A DNA stretch of 64,000 bases, from contig JAGWFT010000001.1 of NCBI GenBank assembly GCA_028867755.1, positions 676,727-740,726 of the forward strand. Reading direction: 5' to 3'. Source of the stretch: Nitrososphaerota archaeon (GTDB lineage: Archaea > Thermoproteota > Nitrososphaeria > Nitrososphaerales > Nitrosopumilaceae). This document shows, one piece after another, positions 9,685 to 18,731 of this stretch. Below the pieces are notes generated by a model, which saw only the letters and a program-made list of their open reading frames with translations, searched no databases and was not told the DNA's origin. Each line of letters starts with the position of its first letter. Position 1 is the first letter of the stretch. A program made the translations under genes and the position numbers.

Positions 9685-10938
9685 ATGTCCTTTTCAAATC
9701 TATCCAAGATGAATTTTGAAGTCTCTGACGAACAAAAAAGTTTTCTTGGACAAGTGGACATGGCATGCAAGTCCATTCGAGATTATGAAACCAAATGCTA
9801 TCTTGAAGAAAAACCAAATGATATGATAGTTCCAGAGTTTGGAAAGATTGGAATGCTTGGATGTCCAATCTCAAAAAGATACGGAGGACTAGGTTATGAC
9901 ATTCTAACATACGTATTTGCACTTGAAAGGATAGGAAGAGAAGGTAATTCGTTACGCACATTTTTTTCTGCACATGTATCAATAGGACAGATGGTTTTAC
10001 AAAATTGGGCAGATGAGGAACAAAAAAGACAGTATCTCCCTGATACCACATCAGGTAAAAACATCATGGCATTTGGGCTAACTGAACCTGAGGCAGGTAG
10101 TGACCCTGGCTCCATTACTACAAAGTTTGAGGAAAGTGGAGATAGTTTTATTCTAAACGGTAAAAAGCACTGGGTGGGAAATGGAACACTCGCCAAAATC
10201 ATGACTACATATGCAAGAGGCCCAGATGGAAGAATCTCTGCATTTATTGTAGATACAGATTCAAAGGGATTTCATGCAGAGGAAATGAAAAACAAGATGG
10301 GTTTGCTTAGCATAAAAAATGCAGAGATTAAATTTGAAAATTGTGTTATTCCAAAAAAGAATCTTTTGGGAACAAAGGGAAAAGGATTGAGCATAGCTTA
10401 CAGTGCTTTGATAGATGGAAGGCTGAGCGTTGCAGCAGGAGCAATAGGTGTAATGAAGGACTGTCTTGAAGAATCTATTAGACACTCTAAAAAAAGAGAA
10501 CAACACGGATCAGTACTTGCAAAAAAACAATTAATCCAGGAGCATATCTCTACAATGATACTAAATGTGGAAAGCTCACGATGGCTTGTTTATCGTGCAG
10601 CTATGGTAAGGCAAAAACTCCATGAATATGTAGAAAACTTGAAGGAAAAGGACCCAAACTGGCAGGAAAAGCTGAACCGCGAAGACAAGGAATACTCTAC
10701 ATTGAGAGGAAAGGCAGACAGGCTTGCTGCAATAGCTAAACTACATTCAACAAATGCTGCTTTTGACTCGGCAAATAGGGCAGTTCAGGTCTTTGGGTCC
10801 TTTGCATACCAGAAGACCGCCCGGGTAGCAAGGCACTTTTTGGACTCGCGCGCAATCATAATTTACGAAGGTGCAAATGAGGTTCTAAAGCTAAAGATAG
10901 CCTCGCTTGAGCTTGGTGACAAATATCAGGCATATTAG
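9685..10938 (+). CDS. Acyl-CoA dehydrogenase
   Basis: AFGLTEPEAGSD, LNGKKHWVGNG, IIYEGANEV. Confidence 0.93.
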   Translation: MSFSNLSKMNFEVSDEQKSFLGQVDMACKSIRDYETKCYLEEKPNDMIVPEFGKIGMLGCPISKRYGGLGYDILTYVFALERIGREGNSLRTFFSAHVSIGQMVLQNWADEEQKRQYLPDTTSGKNIMAFGLTEPEAGSDPGSITTKFEESGDSFILNGKKHWVGNGTLAKIMTTYARGPDGRISAFIVDTDSKGFHAEEMKNKMGLLSIKNAEIKFENCVIPKKNLLGTKGKGLSIAYSALIDGRLSVAAGAIGVMKDCLEESIRHSKKREQHGSVLAKKQLIQEHISTMILNVESSRWLVYRAAMVRQKLHEYVENLKEKDPNWQEKLNREDKEYSTLRGKADRLAAIAKLHSTNAAFDSANRAVQVFGSFAYQKTARVARHFLDSRAIIIYEGANEVLKLKIASLELGDKYQAY

Positions 10939-10956
10939 CTATTTTCTATTGGTATT

Positions 10957-11685
10957 TTATTTCTGAATTTCTTGATTTTCAACATGTGGCTGAACCTTGT
11001 TCCACAACCATCCAAGTATCAAGGCATTAACAATCCAGTATGCTGTCATTGTGATTGCAGATATGGCTCTAAATCCATTGACTAGTTCCATCGGTGTTGA
11101 GATTTTGTCTGGGTTTGGCGGCATTATGACAAACATTGCACCGATAAAAACTGCATATCCCAAAAATGCGACAAATTTTTTGTTTTGCATCTTTTTGTAG
11201 AGTCTTGAAAATCCAAAAGCGCCAAGACCTGATAACGCTACAAATAATGCATATGTTGTAGCACGAAGCACTATAGTGTGAGGGTCACCTACTGTTGGTG
11301 GATTTGCAGGATATTTTAAAAACGGAATGAAATAAAGTGCTGCCCACATTATGGTTGCAAGTAGAAGAGCTTTTTTGACATTGTTTTGACCTGGAAGCAT
11401 GTGTCTTGAATATGCAAAGACTAGTCCAAACAATGAACCTGTTGCAATTCCAAGTATGCCACCAGATACTACGGAACCCTCTTTCTGCCATGTTCTATAG
11501 TCGCTAAATTGCTGCCAAAACTGTGGAGTGTTTTGAGTCTGTCCCTCATCAAACATACGTTGGTTCTCAATTCCTATAGCTCTGTCAAGATATGGTTCAA
11601 CAACTGCTACATTAATTATGCCATGAAATAATCCCGCCAAAAGACCTGCAATTACTACAATAAAGAGAAAGGAAAGGGTTTTCAC
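10957..11685 (-). CDS. cbtA: Cobalt transporter CbtA
   Basis: EPYLDRAIGIE, PFLKYPANPPTVG, multiple TM helices. Confidence 0.88.
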   Translation of the reverse strand: MKTLSFLFIVVIAGLLAGLFHGIINVAVVEPYLDRAIGIENQRMFDEGQTQNTPQFWQQFSDYRTWQKEGSVVSGGILGIATGSLFGLVFAYSRHMLPGQNNVKKALLLATIMWAALYFIPFLKYPANPPTVGDPHTIVLRATTYALFVALSGLGAFGFSRLYKKMQNKKFVAFLGYAVFIGAMFVIMPPNPDKISTPMELVNGFRAISAITMTAYWIVNALILGWLWNKVQPHVENQEIQK

Positions 11686-11696
11686 GTCATATCACG

Positions 11697-11924
11697 CTAG
11701 TGACATGGAAAACCTGATGCGTGTCTCATATCGTGGGTAAACTCATGTAGGTATCCTACGCCGTTCATCTGACCGTAGGCCATTTGACCTTCTGCTATGC
11801 TAAACAGCTGTCCTTGATCAAAACCCACTACGAAATACCCCAGTCCAAACAACGCAAACAGAGCTACTGCAGCAATTATTGGAACCACACGCCGTGTTTT
11901 TGTTATTTGAGATGTGTTTACCAT
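11697..11924 (-). CDS. cbtB: Cobalt transporter CbtB
   Basis: One TM helix then HEFTHDMRHASGFPCH; start at ATG 11924 fits TATA at 11950-11957. Confidence 0.88.
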   Translation of the reverse strand: MVNTSQITKTRRVVPIIAAVALFALFGLGYFVVGFDQGQLFSIAEGQMAYGQMNGVGYLHEFTHDMRHASGFPCH

Positions 11925-11949
11925 TTCTATATCAAAACTGTTCGGCATT

Positions 11950-11978
11950 TATTTAAACTATTGGACAGTTTATCCAAT
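11950..11978 (-). promoter_or_regulatory. cbtBA TATA box with adjacent inverted repeat ATTGGA-N7-TCCAAT
   Basis: TTTAAATA (minus strand, 11957-11950) about 26 nt from the ATG; repeat arms at 11960-11965 and 11973-11978. Confidence 0.5.
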
Positions 11979-12095
11979 GCTGTATTACATCATATCTTGA
12001 TAGGATCACATGATATCATAAAAAATAATTTATAAAATTGCAGTTCGTCTGATCTAAGTTTTGAGATACAGTTTTGACAGTACTAAAAATGTAAT

Positions 12096-13307
12096 CTAGT
12101 CCCTTGATAAGACTTGGTTCATTATGGACAAGCCTTGCTCTACCTGTTCTTTTGTTATTACAAGTGGAGGTATGATTCTAAGGGATTTTTGACCAGCACC
12201 AAGTGTAAGCAAGCCATTTCTAAACAACTTGACTATCTTTTTTTCTCTGCGTATTTTTGTGTCAAACTCTAGGCCGATCATAAGGCCTAGTCCTCTTACG
12301 TCAACTACTCCCTTTTTGCCTACAAGTTCTTGCAGTCCACGCTTTAGTATATTGCCCATCTTAGTTGCATTCTCTAGCAACTTATCACGTTTTATGACAT
12401 GGATTGTTTTGGTCCCGACTGCCATGTCTATTCTGCTTCCCCCTCCCCAAGTACTAGAAAGAGCAGATCTGTCACTTGGCTCAAATTTCTTGTTGTATAT
12501 TGCAGCTCCAACCTGCAAAGCCTTGGCGGTACTCATGATATCAGGAGTTACTCCGTAATGCTCAAAAGCCCACCACTTGCCTGTATGGCCAAGACCAGAC
12601 TGCACTTCGTCCAAAATTAGAGGTACGCCATATTGCGTAGCATATTTTCTCAAGTTTCTGATGAATTTTTTGCTTGCAACATAATATCCACCCTCTCCCT
12701 GAATCACTTCAGTTAGGATGAACGCAACCTTGTTTTCCTTTAGCAAAGATTCTAAAGCATTAATCTCAGGATCGTTATCATTTGTGCAGAACTTGATTCT
12801 CTTGACTGGAATCTCTGGAAAGTTGTACTTGTGCACTGGTCTGCTAGACGTAAAGCTAAGTGCTCCAAGTGTTCTTCCGTGAAATGCTCCAAGACACGAG
12901 ACTCCAGGTAGAGGCCCCATCTTCCGGTATGCAATCTTTATTGAATTTTCTACCGCCTCTGCACCGCTGTTGATAAAAAATGCCTTAAAGTTTCTTGGTA
13001 TTATGGTAGATATAATTTCTGCAAGGTCAGCATGTTCTTTGGAGTAAAAGTCCTGTCCTGCAATCTTGTGGGTTCCATTTGTGGAATATTCTGCTAATAC
13101 TTCCATTATGTCAGGATGTGAGTATCCTATGGGGCACGCACCAATGTTGGAAGTAAAATCAAGAAATTTGTTACCATCAGGATCCTCGATGATACAATCA
13201 TGACCATTTGCAATTACTAATGGGTACACAAATGTGGAATCGTACGCATATTTTCTCATTGTATCAATGATACGCTTTGAGTTTGGGCCTGGAATCTTTT
13301 TGTTCAT
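12096..13307 (-). CDS. Class III PLP aminotransferase (GabT/ArgD-like)
   Basis: NSGAEAVE, FHGRT, DEVQSG, STAKAL. Confidence 0.92.
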   Translation of the reverse strand: MNKKIPGPNSKRIIDTMRKYAYDSTFVYPLVIANGHDCIIEDPDGNKFLDFTSNIGACPIGYSHPDIMEVLAEYSTNGTHKIAGQDFYSKEHADLAEIISTIIPRNFKAFFINSGAEAVENSIKIAYRKMGPLPGVSCLGAFHGRTLGALSFTSSRPVHKYNFPEIPVKRIKFCTNDNDPEINALESLLKENKVAFILTEVIQGEGGYYVASKKFIRNLRKYATQYGVPLILDEVQSGLGHTGKWWAFEHYGVTPDIMSTAKALQVGAAIYNKKFEPSDRSALSSTWGGGSRIDMAVGTKTIHVIKRDKLLENATKMGNILKRGLQELVGKKGVVDVRGLGLMIGLEFDTKIRREKKIVKLFRNGLLTLGAGQKSLRIIPPLVITKEQVEQGLSIMNQVLSRD

Positions 13308-13446
13308 AATTTATTTTTCTATATACTATACAATAGAAAAATTTTCTAATAAAGACTATCATAGATATCTATGGGCGAAAACCACAGGGGATTTGACGAA
13401 CCAAATCGCAAACAAAGGCAAAGAAGAGCTAAAAAGGCAAGGAAAG

Positions 13447-13545
13447 TGCAGAGGGAGGGATTTGAACCCCCGAACCCCTAAAGGAAAGGATTTCCCATGC
13501 CAGATCTTGAGTCCTTCTCGGTTGGCCGGGCTTCGATACCTCTGC
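13447..13545 (-). tRNA. tRNA-Leu(CAA) with 14-nt intron at 37/38 (13492-13505)
   Basis: Acceptor GCAGAGG/CCTCTGC, stem AAGGA/TCCTT, long variable arm, BHB core CUCA/UGGG; mature length 85 nt. Confidence 0.95.
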
Positions 13546-13614
13546 AACGAAAGATTTGGACATTGAATATATAAACTGAAACCGTAGTTTTGAATTCTGA
13601 CTTTGGATTATTTT

Positions 13615-13761
13615 TTAATTTAGTAGTTTTTCTGATATTGCAGGCATCGTATAGAAGAATTCATCTTCAAAAGCAAAATCCTGTTTTCCCTGCTTTCTTA
13701 ATGACTCAAAATAGCTCATACAATTTGCATAGAACTCATTTGATTGATTTTCTTGAGGCAT
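13615..13761 (-). CDS. 48-aa microprotein (not in ORF track)
   Basis: MPQENQSNEFYANCMSYFESLRKQGKQDFAFEDEFFYTMPAISEKLLN; fills the gap between bcp and tRNA-Leu on the same strand. Confidence 0.65.
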   Translation of the reverse strand: MPQENQSNEFYANCMSYFESLRKQGKQDFAFEDEFFYTMPAISEKLLN

Positions 13762-13848
13762 GTATAAGATACTTTCAGAAAAGGGGTTTGTTTTGATATG
13801 TAAGAAATTTTAGACACATTTATTGTCTTTTTTTAATTCTGAAATGTT

Positions 13849-14283
13849 CTAGCTGAGAAGGCTTTGTACGAACTCGATATGATTTGAGGTGCTCAATCCT
13901 TCCACTATCTTTTCTATCTTACTGTCAAGTCCTATGAGATACGTTATTCTCTTTGTATACATGCCAAGTGCTCCTTTTGCATTATAAAGACCGGCAACTT
14001 TCTTACCTGGATCTGACAAAAGCTTGAACTGTAATTCATTTCTCTGACAGAACTCCTTGTGTGATTCTTCTGAATCTTGATTTATTCCAAATATTTCATA
14101 TTGGTCAGAAATCTTTGGGAAATAGTCTCTAAATCCACGTACCTCTGCAGTACATCCGGGGGTGTTGTCTTTTACATAAAAAAACAAGATGACTTTTTTC
14201 TTACCAATATGTGATGATAGCCTGACAGTTTCTCCAGTATCTGCTTTTAGTTCAAAATCTGGTGCAATATCGCCAACTTGCAT
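13849..14283 (-). CDS. bcp: Peroxiredoxin (Bcp/PrxQ)
   Basis: FYVKDNTPGCTAE peroxidatic Cys motif. Confidence 0.9.
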   Translation of the reverse strand: MQVGDIAPDFELKADTGETVRLSSHIGKKKVILFFYVKDNTPGCTAEVRGFRDYFPKISDQYEIFGINQDSEESHKEFCQRNELQFKLLSDPGKKVAGLYNAKGALGMYTKRITYLIGLDSKIEKIVEGLSTSNHIEFVQSLLS

Positions 14284-14319
14284 ATATCTTTGAAAAATGA
14301 ATTTAATTTAACTTTTTTT

Positions 14320-15108
14320 TTAAGAACTAGTTTGCTCAGAAGAATCTTGGATTCCAAGCCAAGAGTACCCTTTTTGTTCCAACTCGTCTGCAAGCTCCTT
14401 TGGACCTTCCTTTATCATTTTTCCTTGTGCCATGACATGTACATAATCAAGTTTGTCCAAAAACTTGAGTATCCTTGCATAATGCGTGATTACTATTACT
14501 GTTGCATCTTTTCGTGATACTTGGCTTATTGCCTTTGCAACTGCTTGTACTGCGTCAATGTCCAATCCTGAGTCTGGTTCATCAAGAATTGATATTTTTG
14601 GTTGGAGTACTGCCATCTGTAACACTTCTGATCTCTTTTTTTCACCGCCGGAAAATCCCTCGTTAAGATATCTTGATAAAAAGTCTTGTCTTAGCCCTAC
14701 TTGATCTAGATTCTTTTTTAGATAATTCTGAAATTCTCTTACTGTCAAAAAAACTTCACGATTCTGGTCGCCAAGTGACTTACTCAATGCATTGTAAGCA
14801 GTTCTTAGAAAATGTGAATATCCTACACCTGCTACCTCTGTTGGATATTGGAATGCCAAGAATAGCCCCTTCTTTGCTCTTTCATCAGCTGACATATCAA
14901 GAATGCTTTGTCCATCTAGGAGAATGTCGCCACTTGTCACCTCGTATTTTGGGTGACCTAAAATTGTATAAGCCAAAGTGCTCTTCCCTGATCCGTTTGG
15001 GCCCATTATTGCATGTACCTCGCCAGGACTTGTCTTGAGATTTACTCCCTTGAGAATTTCCTTGCCTTCTCTTTGAGCGTGCAAGTCTTTGATTTCAAGT
15101 ATTGCCAT
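14320..15108 (-). CDS. sufC: Fe-S cluster assembly ATPase SufC
   Basis: GPNGSGKST, LAFQYP, NEGFSGGEKKRSE, LDEPDSGLDID; start at ATG 15108 fits TATA near 15132-15138. Confidence 0.95.
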   Translation of the reverse strand: MAILEIKDLHAQREGKEILKGVNLKTSPGEVHAIMGPNGSGKSTLAYTILGHPKYEVTSGDILLDGQSILDMSADERAKKGLFLAFQYPTEVAGVGYSHFLRTAYNALSKSLGDQNREVFLTVREFQNYLKKNLDQVGLRQDFLSRYLNEGFSGGEKKRSEVLQMAVLQPKISILDEPDSGLDIDAVQAVAKAISQVSRKDATVIVITHYARILKFLDKLDYVHVMAQGKMIKEGPKELADELEQKGYSWLGIQDSSEQTSS

Positions 15109-15242
15109 GCACATCTCCAATGGGTTTTCGATATATAATCTAACAAAAAATTAGATCAAGCTAATGGATGTTCTAAGGTTGTAGAATGATTCGAGAGATA
15201 CAAATCTGTTATTGATATGAGAAATAAACAAAAAGGAAGGGG

Positions 15243-16202
15243 TTAGTTTTTGGCTAACGCTGGTCTTAGAACAATCTTGATCTTGTATGCACTCAGGATT
15301 TCCTTGCATCTGTTTCGTATAGTAACCTCAGTGATTCCCGCAACGCTTGAGACGTCTCTTTGTAAGATGCTCTGCCCAAGTAGTGTTGATGCGATGTAAA
15401 GGTAGGCAGCAGCAAGACCGTTTGGTGCCTTTCCGTCTGCTATATTGTGGTCCTCTGTCTTTTCTGCAATCTCTGCAGCAAGTCTTTCTACGCGAACCTC
15501 AAGTTTTGCAAGGTTTGCAATCTTTGAGATGTATTTTTCAAGGGTTACTACTGGTGCTGTTTTTGATCCAAGCTCCATCACGAGCATTCTGTAGTATTTT
15601 GCAGTCAGCTTTACGTTCATTTTTTCGTCTTTTGAGCTTCCAGTTGCAGCGCAAATCTCATCCAGTGATCTTACAACATCGCACTGTTTGCATGCCATGT
15701 AAATGGTTGCAGCAGACATGCAGGCAACAGATTTTCCCTTTGCCTCTGTCTGACCATCAAAGTTTCTGTATATCATTGATGCGCTCTCAATTACATTTCT
15801 TGGTAGTGCTAGCGATTGGCAAGTCTCTCCTATCTTTGAGAGTATATTTGCAAGTCGCCTCTCTCTTGGAGATGCGACTCTAATTCTTGTCTGCCATTTT
15901 CTCAGATTGTACATCTGAAGTGCCATGTCGCTTGAAATTGATTTTCCGCTAAAGTCTCTAGTTCCAAGTGCTATCTCTGTTCTGATTCCAAGGTCATGCT
16001 GTGCATAGGTTGTCTGACCGCTTGCTCTTGCAGTTTTCATTTTTTCTTCTGGATTAGTTGCTCTTGATTCTGGGCCGTAATCTGACATCTGCTCCATTGC
16101 TACCAGTCCGCAGCCAGAACAAATTTTTTCTCCACTATGAATGTCATCAACTAAGATTGAACGACATTCTGGACAATTTGTTTGTAGTTCTGTTATGTTC
16201 AT
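15243..16202 (-). CDS. tfb: Transcription initiation factor IIB (TFB)
   Basis: CPEC/CSGC Zn ribbon, two cyclin folds, GKAPNGLAAA, VTIRNR. Confidence 0.95.
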   Translation of the reverse strand: MNITELQTNCPECRSILVDDIHSGEKICSGCGLVAMEQMSDYGPESRATNPEEKMKTARASGQTTYAQHDLGIRTEIALGTRDFSGKSISSDMALQMYNLRKWQTRIRVASPRERRLANILSKIGETCQSLALPRNVIESASMIYRNFDGQTEAKGKSVACMSAATIYMACKQCDVVRSLDEICAATGSSKDEKMNVKLTAKYYRMLVMELGSKTAPVVTLEKYISKIANLAKLEVRVERLAAEIAEKTEDHNIADGKAPNGLAAAYLYIASTLLGQSILQRDVSSVAGITEVTIRNRCKEILSAYKIKIVLRPALAKN

Positions 16203-16468
16203 CTTCTATTTCCTCTGAATCTTTTTGGTTTCATCGCAGGAGATTCATCGACGATGTAAACGTGTTGTCCAATGTGTCTTTTGATATTGTTGGTAAGCGG
16301 AATTGCTGACGCATATGGTGCATCAACAGGACCTATCATTTCCGAAACTTTGGCGACTTTGGTTCCAGAGTTATCTACTATAATCTGGCCATCACGCAGC
16401 GGTTTAGAAAGTCTAATCAAGACTCTACCGCTATTTGCTAAATGCAATACCTCGCCTACCTCCTGCAA
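16199..16468 (-). CDS. gar1: H/ACA RNP subunit Gar1/Naf1
   Basis: GEVLHLANSG, VSEMIGPVDAPY. Confidence 0.85.
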   Translation of the reverse strand: MQEVGEVLHLANSGRVLIRLSKPLRDGQIIVDNSGTKVAKVSEMIGPVDAPYASAIPLTNNIKRHIGQHVYIVDESPAMKPKRFRGNRR

Positions 16469-16542
16469 TTAGTGGATCAACCGAATACTGTTATCAATAG
16501 AGTTCTGTCAAAATTACTTTAGCTATAAGCTAGAATAGCTGT

Positions 16543-16842
16543 TTACTTGGTCTGTTTAGCTCTTCGCGATACAATCTTGTCTGAAATTGCAGAAATTATT
16601 TTGGTTTTTGGTTGTACCTTTGCAAGTACAATGTAGCCGGATCTGACATAGGGTCTTCTTGGAAATCTTACCTGCTCGTTAGTTTCTGTTGGTTCAAACC
16701 CAGCTGCCTTGGCAGCATCTATCAACTCTTTGAGCGAAGGATCGAAAATACTTTTTTCACGAGAAACTCGTCGGCCCATTTTTTTTGAAAGCGTCTTGTT
16801 GAAATAATCCAACCAGATTACGATGTGTTCGTAATCTTTCAT
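16543..16842 (-). CDS. srp19: Signal recognition particle protein SRP19
   Basis: IVIWLDYFNKTLSKKMGRRV, FPRRPY. Confidence 0.9.
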   Translation of the reverse strand: MKDYEHIVIWLDYFNKTLSKKMGRRVSREKSIFDPSLKELIDAAKAAGFEPTETNEQVRFPRRPYVRSGYIVLAKVQPKTKIISAISDKIVSRRAKQTK

Positions 16843-16849
16843 TTTGTAA

Positions 16850-17230
16850 TCACTTTATCAAAATTGCATTTACTGCGCCGTCTTGGCCTGGTCTTGAAAC
16901 TACTTTGCACTGACCATCTTCAGTTTCCAAAATTGCGCCCTTTGAGATCACACCACGTCTTTCATAATCACTACTTGCTGGATTTTTTAAAACTTTGAGG
17001 ATCTTTACTTTCTTTACCTTTCCATCTGGAATAGATAAGTTTACAAAATCTGTAGTCTTGAGCGAAGTCTTTCTATTGTCACCGCGAACCTTTCTTGTAA
17101 CGGTAACATGTGGACCTGGAATTGCTTCTACTGAATATCTGTCAATTTCATATTTTCTCCTAGTTCTAAGAGGATATCTTCTGCCTCCAGTTATCTTACT
17201 TGTTGCAAGATTCTCTACAGACTTCTTCAT
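16850..17230 (-). CDS. rps8e: 30S ribosomal protein S8e
   Basis: KITGGRR, RRGVISKGAILET, SRPGQDG. Confidence 0.96.
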   Translation of the reverse strand: MKKSVENLATSKITGGRRYPLRTRRKYEIDRYSVEAIPGPHVTVTRKVRGDNRKTSLKTTDFVNLSIPDGKVKKVKILKVLKNPASSDYERRGVISKGAILETEDGQCKVVSRPGQDGAVNAILIK

Positions 17231-17291
17231 AAGCAGTCGATAAAGTAACTCTAATTTATACCATTTAGAACAAATGCCATTCTCAGTGGGC

Positions 17292-17888
17292 TCACTGACT
17301 TGGCTGTGTTATGGACTCGACAGTTTGCTCTGTCTGCTGTGGGGTCTGACTTGAAGAACCTTGGTTTGAAGATCTGACTTTGGTGAAAAGTTTCTGTTTT
17401 AATAAATCCTTGTCGCCCTGAATTCCAAAATATTTCTGGAATTTTTCTGTCGTGTTGTATATCTTGAGCCTTCCAACATTTTGGTGTTCAATGTATGCTA
17501 ACTGTTCAAGCAGCTTGAGATGTAGATATACACCAGAACCACGGACCTCTACCAATCTTTTTGATGAAATTGGCTGCATGTATGCGACATATGATAACGT
17601 CTTCAATGTTGCAGTTGGAAGCAATGGCTTTGATGCATACTTTCTGATAACTGTATTATATTCAGGTTTTAGCTGAAATACGTATGAGCCATCAGGCAAA
17701 GACGCTATCTCTAGTGCCCTAAAGGCGGACTTTGTCTTTTTCACAATTCCTGTCATGAGAGCAAGTGTCTTGGTTCTAGATTCTGTGCCAGAGGCCTTTA
17801 TCAATTCCTCGATTGTAAGCGGTCTTCCCGCAGAGTATAGTGCGGCCTCTAATCTGGCTACTGCCTCATCGTCTTCTACCTTGTTCAT
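17292..17888 (-). CDS. scpB: Segregation/condensation protein ScpB
   Basis: LEAALYSAGRPL, TLSYVAYMQPI, YNTTEKFQKYFG. Confidence 0.92.
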   Translation of the reverse strand: MNKVEDDEAVARLEAALYSAGRPLTIEELIKASGTESRTKTLALMTGIVKKTKSAFRALEIASLPDGSYVFQLKPEYNTVIRKYASKPLLPTATLKTLSYVAYMQPISSKRLVEVRGSGVYLHLKLLEQLAYIEHQNVGRLKIYNTTEKFQKYFGIQGDKDLLKQKLFTKVRSSNQGSSSQTPQQTEQTVESITQPSQ

Positions 17889-17958
17889 TTATACAAAAAA
17901 GGAGGTCAGAAGATACTTAAATGAAATTCCTATTGACAGTTGATTTACTTGTAAACTT

Positions 17959-18618
17959 CTACTTTGTAAAAGAGACCACTATATCGTCTTCTGTCTGTTC
18001 CAGGTCCACTTTCATGTCTCTTGCAAGAAACAGTATTGCAAAGAAGCACCTGATGACATCTATCAACTCAAGGCCAGACGTGATATTCTTAAAGGAACCA
18101 TAACCTGTAGGCCTAATCTTGTTCATGATAAGCTCCTCGTACTGACCAATTATCTTCTCTAGAGATATGAAATAATCATCAAAGTTTGGCACTTGTACTG
18201 GCTCAAACTCCATCTGTCTGCGGCTTGAACGTGGGTTTGCAATAGTTCCAATGAGGTTTTCAAGTACCGAAAGCAACTCGTCCAATGTGACAGGATATGT
18301 GGATTCATGCCTGTATGGCATGTTTATTATCTCGATATCGATGTTTTCTCTTTGACTGAGGGGTCTTTTCTCCATGGCGGCTTTCTGTAATGCAAATATG
18401 CTTTCCACCTTCATTCTGTGGATCATAGCAGACGAGAGGGCTGCAATTCCTGCCACGCGAAGATCTTTCTTGTCTGTCTGGTTTAGAATTGTAATCAACA
18501 TCTCCAAGATTCGGGTGACGTCAATGCTCCAGACATCTTTTTTGGATATGTCAAGAGGTGTAAAGAGAATATTTACTGGCGGTTGTGCAAGCCCAGTGCT
18601 AGTATTTTCCTCAGTCAC
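17959..18618 (-). CDS. scpA: Segregation/condensation protein ScpA (kleisin)
   Basis: DVWSIDV N-terminal motif, C-terminal FFAILFLA..KVDLEQ winged helix; upstream of scpB. Confidence 0.8.
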   Translation of the reverse strand: MTEENTSTGLAQPPVNILFTPLDISKKDVWSIDVTRILEMLITILNQTDKKDLRVAGIAALSSAMIHRMKVESIFALQKAAMEKRPLSQRENIDIEIINMPYRHESTYPVTLDELLSVLENLIGTIANPRSSRRQMEFEPVQVPNFDDYFISLEKIIGQYEELIMNKIRPTGYGSFKNITSGLELIDVIRCFFAILFLARDMKVDLEQTEDDIVVSFTK

Positions 18619-18731
18619 TAGGTATTAGGTCCTTTTTCTTTATAATATCTATTTGATTTGCTCTTTTGACTGCCCAAGTCAAGAATTTTACCATTTTTTA
18701 CAACTCAAAAAATATAATCTCGTACTGTATT

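Noticed and set aside
11949-12095. Cobalamin riboswitch upstream of cbtB
   Set aside because: AT-rich with no B12-box or GGGAA motifs; TATA position implies a leaderless transcript
13234-13796. Track ORFs 13234-13566, 13359-13547 and 13590-13796
   Set aside because: They overlap tRNA-Leu or are antisense to the better 48-aa ORF
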